From assembly GCA_963726195.1 (NCBI GenBank), contig CAVSBO010000004.1, forward strand, positions 1 through 64,000: a stretch of DNA of 64,000 nucleotides. The letters run 5' to 3'. Origin of the DNA: Candidatus Thorarchaeota archaeon. Lineage in GTDB: Archaea; Asgardarchaeota; Thorarchaeia; Thorarchaeales; Thorarchaeaceae. A program made the translations under genes and the position numbers. Below, one piece after another: positions 55,895-64,000 of this stretch; position 1 is the stretch's first letter; each line of letters begins with the position of its first letter. Under the pieces are notes generated by a model. It did no database searches and was not told the DNA's origin. It worked only from the letters and a program-made list of their open reading frames with translations.

Positions 55895-58800
55895 ATGAAT
55901 GCGTCAAAGGCAACGCTGGTCATTATTTGTGTGTTGTTTTCGTTCAGCTCTGCTACGTGGTTCAGCTGTAACGCCCATACAAGCAACGACGGACACTGGC
56001 GAACCACGGTCAGTAACTGTGTTTGTAATTGCTGATGGCGTCCCACCTATTCTCAATTCGCCCTCGGACTTTACCTACGAAGAGGGCGCGACCGGGAACA
56101 CGATTAATTGGACCTACAGTTCCAGCGATCCTAACGGCACGACAGTCGAACGTAATGGAACCACAATCGCTTCGGGCTTCTGGGCTTCCAACGACACTTA
56201 CCCCTTCAACGTTGATGGTCTTACCCCGGGCGTTTACAACCATACCATTATCGTCACAAATACCTATGGGAACAAATCCGTGGACACAGTATTTGTCACG
56301 GTGATTGCCGGAACAATTCCGACGTGGAATCAGCCTCTAGCAAACCAGACAGTTGAGTACGGCAGCACATTCAGGTACAATGTCAGTGCATGGGACTTTT
56401 CAGGCATTTCGAGCTATTGGATTAACGACACTGGAAACTTCAACATTGATACGAATGGCATTATCACAAACAAGACGGCTCTATCAGTTGGCATGTACGG
56501 TCTAAGAGTGAACGTCACCGACAAGGCGACACACACACTGTCTGGCACGTTCAACGTGACTGTTCAGGATACAACAGCACCTAACTGGGCCCCGACACCA
56601 GTCGACCAGACAGTTGATTACGGGAGCCCGTTCATATATGACATAGACGCCACAGACCCATCAGGAATATCGACTTGGTGGGTTAGCGATGCAGTCAATT
56701 TCCAGATTGATGCGAGTGGTGTGATAACTAACAACACGTTCCTAGCAGTGGGCGTCTACGCCCTCCGAGTAAACGTCACGGACAACCACGGTAATCATGC
56801 GTCAGCCACTTTCAGTGTCACCGTTCAGGACATCACTCCTCCTTCTTGGGCCCCGACACCAATCGACCAGACAGTTGAGTTCGGCAACCCGTTCATATAT
56901 GACATAGACGCCACGGACCTATCAGGAATATCGACTTGGTGGGTGAGTGATACAGTCAATTTCCAGATTGATGCGAGTGGTGTGATAACTAACAAGACCT
57001 CCTTAGCAGTGGGCATCTATGCCCTCCGAGTAAACGTCACGGACAACCACGGCAACCATGCGTCAGCCACTTTCAGTGTCACCGTGCAGGATACAACGCC
57101 CCCGAAATGGGACCAAGATCCCGTTGACTGGATTGTGGACTATAGCAAGCCGTTCAGATATGACCTTAATGCTTCGGACTTGTCAGGTATTTCTGGTTGG
57201 TGGATTAATGATACGGTCCACTTCCAGATTGATGCGAACGGCGTTATCACGAACATTACCTCTCTCACGATACGAACATACACAGTCCGAGTGAACGTCA
57301 CAGACAATCATGGGCAAGTACGCTCGGCGACTTTCCACATCATCGCCCGCGACACCAGCAAGCCAGTGTGGGATCAAGTGCCCATCGACCAGTCAATCGA
57401 ATATAGAAACACTTTCAGGTATGATTTGAACGCTACGCATCCATCAGGCATTTCGGGCTGGGCAATCAATGACACAACCAACTTCCAGATTGATTCAAAC
57501 GGAGTGATTACGAACAAGACCCTCTTGGCTGTCGGCCTATATGGCCTGAATGTGACCGTCACGAACAACTTAGGCAACAGCCTGAGTGCGATGTTCACTA
57601 TAACCGTGCAAGCAAGCGCTCCACCAATATGGGCTCCAGCACCGACGGACCAAATCGTCGAGTTGGGTAACAGTTTCAGTTATCAATTGATTGCCACGGA
57701 CATTTCAGGTATCGGTAGCTGGTGGGTGAATGACACGACCAACTTTGCCATCAGCAGTGCTGGCTTAATCACGAACAAGACGTTCTTGGCATTTGGCGTA
57801 CACTGGCTACGAGTGAACGTCACGGACCGGTTGGGTAACATACAGACAGCAACATTCAAAGTCACCGTCCAAGACACTGCTTCGCCAACTTGGCTGCAGT
57901 CTCCAGTGGACCACGTGATTGAGGAGGGCTCAGCATTCAGATATGATCTCAATGCAACCGATCTATCAGGCATCAGCCGCTACTGGGTGAATGATACCAC
58001 ACACTTCACTGTTAGTGGAATTGGTGTTGTCACAAATGCGACCGATCTGTCAGCTGGAATCTACCCGCTGCGAGTCTATGTTAATGACACACACGGCAAT
58101 TCAATGTTTGACATATTCAAGGTCACGGTGCTAGCCAGCGCTCCGCCCACTTGGGATCAGCCTCTGGCAAACCAGACAGTTGAATACGGTAGCACATTCA
58201 GGTACAATGTTAGTGCATCAGACTTTTCAGGCATTTCGAGCTATTGGATTAACGATACTGTCAACTTCCAGATTGACACGAATGGTATTATCACAAACAA
58301 GACAGCTCTCTCAGTTGGCATGTACGGTCTAAGAGTGAATGTGACTGACAAGGCCACGCACACACTGTCTGGCACGTTCAACGTGACAATTCAGGATACA
58401 ACCTTCCCGGTTTGGGCTCCGGCCCCAGCTGACCAGACTGTTGAATTGGGTGATATCTTCCGGTACGACTTGAATGCAACTGATTTCTCAGGTATAACTT
58501 GGTCAATCAATGGTACCTACTTCGCAATAGATGCAAAGGGTGTCGTCAGAAATGCCACAACTCTCCCAGTCGGGGTGTATCATATCTACGTTAATGCCAC
58601 TGATCCCTACAATCATGTTCTGAGTGAATCTTTCAAGGTGACAGTTCAGGATACGACTCTGCCGGTATGGGTTCACAGACCGAGTGACCTTCAGTACGTA
58701 GTGAACGCGACTGGCAACACATTGTCTTGGACCGTCTATGACCTCGCTCCGGGCACCATACAAATCCTGAGAAACGGTACTCAGGTCAGTACACCAACTT

Positions 58801-59106
58801 GGGCAACCCGATCACAAGTCATCCCAATCAGCGTTGACGGATTGATTGTAGGTACTTACAACTACACGATCGTAATCAAGAGATGCTTCCGGAAACACCA
58901 TTTCCAACAGTGTGACGGTTCAGGTAACAGTGCCTACAACCTCGACGTCGCCAACAGGGGATATTATCAGCATAATTCTCAATTTCCTCATGAACGGATA
59001 CGTGGTTGCTGCGATTATCGTCGCGGTCGCGCTTCTTGCCGCTTTCAGGGGCCGGAAGGGACCGAGAATGTACGAACCCCGTGACATGACGCCCAAGTTG
59101 AAGTAA
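55895..59106 (+). CDS. Large TM-anchored surface glycoprotein with nine ~87-aa cadherin-like repeats between two Ig-like stalk domains; frameshifts near 55950 and 58880
   Basis: Signal peptide MNASKATLVIICVLFSF at 55895 (AGGTGA RBS); 261-bp repeats PxW...DQ.VE.G..F.Y...ATD.SGI..WW.ND...F.ID..G.ITN.T.L.VG.Y.LRVNVTD..GN....F.VTVQD; TM and basic tail in frame 58912..59106. Confidence 0.85.
56320..58660 (+). repeat. Array of nine intragenic repeats with a 261-bp period
   Basis: TGGGCCCCGACACC at 56586 and 56847 (261 apart); CAGCCTCT.GCAAACCAGACAGTTGA units 1827 bp (7x261) apart. Confidence 0.9.
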
Positions 59107-59266
59107 GCGATTCAGAGCGACTCCGGAAGGAAAACACCGGAGCGCCCTGTCGCCCTGTGCAAAGGCTTGGGATTCACTCAGGCCTCGCACTGGACGATAT
59201 TTGGCTCCGCATGTTTAAGAGCGGCTCCGGACAACGGTAAGTCCAGTGGCACAGGGGCGGCTAGTC

Positions 59267-60781
59267 ATGAAACCAAGCTCTGCGACCAGCTCTTCTCGGA
59301 TGAAACACGTAGCTTGGCTTTCTTCATTTCCACCAAAGCTCGTTGTCTTCTGCATTATAGCGTCCCTGCTGGTTGCGATGTCTACTGGCTCATTCCCCGC
59401 GACAACACAAAGCATGAAGCATTTCGGCCCTACGGAGGTCTTGAGCGACTATCTAGCGCATGACCCGATAAGCATCACGAGTAATGCAGATTTCGTGTCG
59501 CAGGGATGGCCAGGTGCTGGAACAAGAGAAAACCCGTACAGGATAGAAGGTTGTAGTATTACTAACGACTCCGTTTGTGTCAGTATCGTCAACACAACTT
59601 CGTTCTTCATTGTGAGGGACTGCATACTGACCGGAGGAGAAGGGTACCGGCGTACGGCATTATACTTCGACAACGTTACAAATGGAGCTGTGCTTGACTG
59701 CGTTTTTTCGACGGTCTATGCTGAGACAGGTATTTCGGTGGTAGGTTCATCGAGTAACGTCACCATTCGAGGAAACACAATCCAATCGTATAGAGACGTA
59801 GGCATCGGAGTCTCTGGGAGCCAGTCGGTTTCAGTCGTCAACAATACAATCGCGCACTGCAGATTCGGTATCTTACTTTTCGACGCGACGGGGTGCGATG
59901 TCTCCAACAATAGCGTCTTAGGCAATTGGGAAGGGTTGCTGATGTATGGGGTCCGTAGCTCGCGATTCATCGGGAACTCCTTTGCGAACCACCTCTTTTC
60001 TGGCGTCGATGTGACTAGAGATTGCTTGAACAACGCGTTCTCCTCGAATGTATTCCGTGCAAACCGCTTGAACGCAATCGATTATGGCAACGGCAATACT
60101 TGGACGGGCAACTGGTGGGATGACTACATCGGAATTGGGTCATATCCAATCCCCGGGACTGCAGGGAGTGTCGACTTCTCGCCGCAACCCCAGAATCCAA
60201 CTCTGATGGGATTGGTTGCAGTATCCATCGTTCTTGGCGCGGTTTCTGTCTCCTATCTGGTGATCCGTATCAAGCGGAAGGTGACTTCTGCTACCCGCGT
60301 TCATCCCCCATTAGCTGACTGGGATATGAAGGAACGACTTGTGCTTCCCATGGTTCTGTCGTTACTCCTTCCAAGCGGTATCAATGTACATCAATGGCCA
60401 TACAATCCTGCTCTCTGGTCTGTCGGACTCGTGGGGATGCTGGGGCTCCTCTCGGTTTCTTTGTACCCCTCTGGTCAGACTCTTGGCCTCGTGCTTTACT
60501 TCCCGTTCAGTGCTCTTGATTCTCCTAGTTCCATGCCCTACTTCGGGCTAACTCTTCTCTATTGGATTGCATTCGGACTACTCTACTTTCTTGTCTTCCT
60601 CGCCCTCCTGCACTACCTCTGGCTTGTCTTGGAAGGCAAGATGGGAATCCAAGTCCTGAGAAGGATAGCATTTGGCACTTTGTTGCTTTTCCTCTTGCTG
60701 GGTGTGGCCACCGCAACCATACCGTTGCCTTTTGTGCCGCTGAGCTGTGCTGCTGCAATTGTCAAGAGTCAAGAGCCCTGA
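59267..60781 (+). CDS. NosD-like parallel beta-helix protein with multi-TM C-terminus
   Basis: HDPISITSNADF..QGWPGAGTRENPYRIEG, beta-helix repeats, GNWWDDY.G.GSY.IPGTAGSVDFSP, then TM helices. Confidence 0.85.
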   Translation: MKPSSATSSSRMKHVAWLSSFPPKLVVFCIIASLLVAMSTGSFPATTQSMKHFGPTEVLSDYLAHDPISITSNADFVSQGWPGAGTRENPYRIEGCSITNDSVCVSIVNTTSFFIVRDCILTGGEGYRRTALYFDNVTNGAVLDCVFSTVYAETGISVVGSSSNVTIRGNTIQSYRDVGIGVSGSQSVSVVNNTIAHCRFGILLFDATGCDVSNNSVLGNWEGLLMYGVRSSRFIGNSFANHLFSGVDVTRDCLNNAFSSNVFRANRLNAIDYGNGNTWTGNWWDDYIGIGSYPIPGTAGSVDFSPQPQNPTLMGLVAVSIVLGAVSVSYLVIRIKRKVTSATRVHPPLADWDMKERLVLPMVLSLLLPSGINVHQWPYNPALWSVGLVGMLGLLSVSLYPSGQTLGLVLYFPFSALDSPSSMPYFGLTLLYWIAFGLLYFLVFLALLHYLWLVLEGKMGIQVLRRIAFGTLLLFLLLGVATATIPLPFVPLSCAAAIVKSQEP

Positions 60782-60861
60782 GACAAAGTGAATCACTGGC
60801 CAGTTGTTAGGCTGAGAAAGGGCAATGCAACTGTCAGTGCTTCCTGGTTTTGGCTTGATGG

Positions 60862-61404
60862 CTAGCGACTTGGGCTCTTCCTTCGAATTTTCATCTCCTC
60901 AGTGAGTTGCCAAGTTTTCCCATTGTCATGTGTTTCCACCGAACGCCATCGAAAGGACGTCGGCTTAACCTGGGAGAATATCCAATTCTCTGGATAGCCC
61001 TCCTTCGTTTTGCCCTCAAGTACAATCTCGTCGTTAGTCTTTCGCGCTATGAATGTTCGAACGACACCTTGTTTTGGCTCAATCCAGATAACATGCCATG
61101 CGTCAATCTTACCGTCATAGAAGCGTACCGTCGTCCCATCGGGAACGGCTCTGTGAAGATTCTCGTCGTAAGTCATCCAGACATCTTGTACAGCTCTGCC
61201 ATCAAGAATCCATCCGAAATGAACTTCTCCCCTGTGCCTAATCTCAGTTCCATCTGGCTGTGGATATCGGTCCTCGGTGATATCCCAGTCTCCAATGAAC
61301 TGGCCGAAGAGCATCAGTTTCTCTTTCAGTCCTGGGTTTGGGCCGTCTGCACCTAGACCTTCGATTGCCCATGCAGTTCTCTGTTCTCTTGCTCTGCCAC
61401 CCAT
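60862..61404 (-). CDS. Conserved hypothetical protein (DUF1579-like beta-barrel)
   Basis: LFGQFIGDW, GEVHFGWILDGRAVQDVW, GTTVRFYD...WHVIW, W.FS.....FRW.....D.GKTW. Confidence 0.75.
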   Translation of the reverse strand: MGGRAREQRTAWAIEGLGADGPNPGLKEKLMLFGQFIGDWDITEDRYPQPDGTEIRHRGEVHFGWILDGRAVQDVWMTYDENLHRAVPDGTTVRFYDGKIDAWHVIWIEPKQGVVRTFIARKTNDEIVLEGKTKEGYPENWIFSQVKPTSFRWRSVETHDNGKTWQLTEEMKIRRKSPSR

Positions 61405-61921
61405 TTGAGATCGCTTCATCGTCGAGGGGATTCCAAGTAGAATAAGACCATTGTGGCTGCAGGCAGAATTCTCGCTGCCCCGTTGAGGAACTCGGCGCAT
61501 CGAGCGCTGATTCGCAAGGTTCTCTTGGTTGCACGTGTGCAAAGCCTACCAACAAGGGTAACCCAATCATGCTTTTGAATGAAGCTCAGCGTGCTGAATG
61601 AAGGTAGGAAATGAGAATAAGTGAACAGACCAAGAGAGCCTTCAAATCTAGCTTGCATTCGCTTTTTGTAATTGCCGGCCTCTTCGTGGGTGCGGCGTTG
61701 TCCTAGACATTGGTCTCCCTAGACCCGGAGCTGGTTGTTCAGTGTGACGGGTGGTTTCTAGTCATTTGCTCTTCTGTGGGAATGATACTGACTTCTTGCT
61801 GTCTAGACTCAGTGCTGTACCATCCACATGGACAGCTTGGGACATGATTCGCTCTGATGGCCGGACCACACATTTCGAAAGCAGAACAACTAAATATAGC
61901 ACTGCGGATCTAAGATGAGAA

Positions 61922-62827
61922 GTGGGCAAGATGGTCCAAGGCAAGTTGGGTCAACTAGAACTTGCAGAACAGCTGCTGGATCTCCTGAATGGGCGTCTCA
62001 CGATTCGGATGCCTCCGGGCGCTAGGCTCGAAGCGCGGCGTGAGGACATTATGTCTCCCGCCGAATCAGCGGAGCAAGAGTCCCGAGTCATACTGGACGC
62101 AGGCGATGAACGCTTCGTCGTCATGGTATACGAGTCTTTTGAGACGGCCGGCAAGGACTTTGAGAAGCAGGTCAGGAAGATGGTTGACACGTGGGAGATG
62201 GGTGGCACTGCGATAGTGGCGCGCGAGGGGGGCGGGTTTCTCATTTCACCCACAAAGCTGAATGTTCGCAAAACCACCATTCCGGTCCTCTTTGTGGTCA
62301 TGAGCCACAAAGACGGCCTAGTTCAACTAGTTCAGTTCTTTGTCAACCACAAGGCGGGTGCGGATGCGGCGGGCTGCACAAAGCTGGCTCGTTCGGTCGC
62401 CGCGACCATCGCCCTCGGCAGCAAGGTGCTTGATCTCAAAGGCGGCCAGCGCAAGATTGGAAGATTCACCACCACAGTCCCCGATGGATACGCGCTCACG
62501 ACACAGCGAGGACCAGATTTTGTGGTCTATCGGCTGCAGAAGGTGGTCCCCCTCGGAGCGCCCAGTTCCCAGTTTGGCGTCTATATCGGCGGGCACCCCG
62601 GCTACCACCATGAGCATGAAAAAGTGAAGTTCACCAAGCTGAAAGAGCAACTGCTGGGCACCGAGGTCGAGTGGCACATATGGTCCACAGGGAGTACCAT
62701 TCACCACGAAGTAATCGTTCCATCTTCTTCTGACGCCGGCACAATGCTTCATATCTTCCTCGCTTCTTCGAGCACATCTGACATTACGCAAATGCACGCA
62801 ATCGCAGAATCCCTCATGGCAAAGTAA
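61922..62827 (+). CDS. Hypothetical protein
   Basis: Clean 301-codon ORF with G/C-ending codons; no recognised family. Confidence 0.7.
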   Translation: MGKMVQGKLGQLELAEQLLDLLNGRLTIRMPPGARLEARREDIMSPAESAEQESRVILDAGDERFVVMVYESFETAGKDFEKQVRKMVDTWEMGGTAIVAREGGGFLISPTKLNVRKTTIPVLFVVMSHKDGLVQLVQFFVNHKAGADAAGCTKLARSVAATIALGSKVLDLKGGQRKIGRFTTTVPDGYALTTQRGPDFVVYRLQKVVPLGAPSSQFGVYIGGHPGYHHEHEKVKFTKLKEQLLGTEVEWHIWSTGSTIHHEVIVPSSSDAGTMLHIFLASSSTSDITQMHAIAESLMAK

Positions 62828-62939
62828 CTGCCAGTTCTCCAAACCGCGGCAACTGCGCAAGCCGGGGAATCCCAGCGTAGCCTTCCTGACAAGAAGAGCG
62901 TTAGGGTCTTATAGGCGACTTCCCTCAGGCCAATCGACT

Positions 62940-63130
62940 ATGACGCGGCTAGAGATAACTGACACTGTTCTGCGTGATGCCCACCAATCCCTCCTCGCCA
63001 CGCGGATGAAGACAGAGGATATGATTCCTATCTGCGAGAAGCTCGACAAGGTGGGATACCATTCGCTTGGGATGTTCGGCGGTGCCACCTTCGACACCAT
63101 GATGCGTTCCCTCGATGAGGACCCCCAGAG
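62940..63130 (+). pseudogene. pycB: N-terminal fragment of pyruvate carboxylase subunit B / oxaloacetate decarboxylase alpha
   Basis: [35 protein letters not shown]...GGATFD...R.L.EDP; similarity then stops abruptly. The consensus E.WGG reads GMFGG. Confidence 0.85.
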
Positions 63131-63195
63131 CAGCTTGAGACCCTGCGAGGTGCACCACCTTATGCGAATCTGCAGGCGCCTCTGCGGGCAGTATG

Positions 63196-64000
63196 TCATG
63201 TCCCTGAATCCGAGTCATCGTCTTCAAATGTGATTCCATCGAAAAACAGATTTCCCTGTGTCTTCTTGGCCGCCTGAATTCTGGTCAGAAACCTCTGAAG
63301 CTGTCTGGTCTTGTGGGGAGAATTGTGCATAAACGTATATATGTCTCCGACCTCGATTTCGGAATCCTTCAGAGTTCTGATGGACTGCCGCAGTTCCTTG
63401 TCTGCGAGATTCTCTGCAGCTATAACCTTGCAGTGCACTTGACACTCCGCGGACATGGTCTTCTCAAGAACTTCTTCTTTGCCTTAATCTCCTCCACAAG
63501 TTTGCCAATGGACTTGGGCGAACGAGGAATGCTCTTCTGACATTCAATGACAAAAGTGTCTTGGTCCTTCCAAGCTAGCACGTCGATTTCCCGATTCCCT
63601 GTTTTCTTGTCACGATATCTCCATTTGACATGATAGCCTTCTTCTGCCATGCATGTTGCCACGAAAAGCTCGATGAATACTGCGGAGAGCTCATCACTGT
63701 CGTCCATTATGAATGTGGCTAGTTCGGATCTTGTCAATGAGCCGTCAAGTGACTTGCTCTTTTGCTCGATTTGACCCTTCAAATAGCGCTCGAATTGTGG
63801 TCGTGCCACCGAAATCTCATGGACTTCCACTAGGTCGCCTAAGCGTTGTATTGTCTCCTCAGCGATTTTCATCATGGACCTGGCTCCGCCTGTGAAGTTG
63901 TTGCATGAATCTAGGTGCACAATCCAACCTGAAGCATCGCTCCAAACCGTGCCGTAACATGGCAGTAAAATAGCATAGCTGATGTCGGCAGCCTTAGGGT
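63196..64000 (-). CDS. PD-(D/E)XK restriction-endonuclease-like domain protein, 5'-truncated by window edge; frameshift near 63455
   Basis: The frame is open to the window end; FIELFVA...EEGY.V...REIDVLAWK....VIECQK. Confidence 0.65.

Noticed and set aside
56320-58400. Near-identical distant repeats as a DGR template/variable pair
   Set aside because: Differences are mostly synonymous third-position changes rather than adenine-specific, both copies are in-frame in one gene, and no reverse transcriptase is present.
50339-58660. CRISPR array
   Set aside because: All periodic repeats are ~260-270 bp coding modules; no 25-45 bp repeats with unique spacers were seen.
2503-59106. Programmed ribosomal frameshifting or phase variation explaining split genes
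   Set aside because: Breakpoints share no slippery motif or long homopolymer and affect unrelated housekeeping genes; sequencing error is simpler.
861-63895. Numerous antisense and alternate-frame ORFs in the six-frame track (for example 1634..2251, 8269..9129, 17869..18543, 31427..31984)
   Set aside because: They are shadows of well-supported genes on the other strand or frame and have no protein-like motifs.

Overview
This is an archaeal chromosomal segment. Lineage is inferred only from gene content and GGTGA/GGAGG ribosome-binding sites: NosD-type and DUF4350/GIFT-type surface proteins, Ig-like stalk domains and split acyl-CoA mutases fit an Asgard archaeon such as Thorarchaeia. No marker gene is present to confirm this. 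Contents in order: cobO, an isobutyryl-CoA-mutase-like large subunit, and an FAD oxidoreductase/HdrD-like pair; secreted surface proteins; a two-subunit CoA-transferase; a methylmalonyl-CoA mutase operon (B12 subunit, meaB, large subunit, epimerase); ltaE; an MFS transporter; a ~12 kb glycan biosynthesis cluster; birA, RNase HIII and Acr3; an orphan histidine kinase overlapping an ATC-hydrolase/V4R-clan gene; a membrane hydrolase; a ~230 bp non-autonomous IS200/IS605 derivative that keeps a TnpB omega-RNA-like scaffold; an ABC exporter; a carboxyltransferase beta subunit; two large repeat-built surface proteins (OmpL47-type and cadherin-like); a radical SAM enzyme; a pycB fragment; and a PD-(D/E)XK nuclease-like gene running off the end. 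About half the genes carry single-base indels, most simply explained as long-read assembly errors, so split ORFs are reported as joined genes. I found no rRNA, tRNA or CRISPR array.
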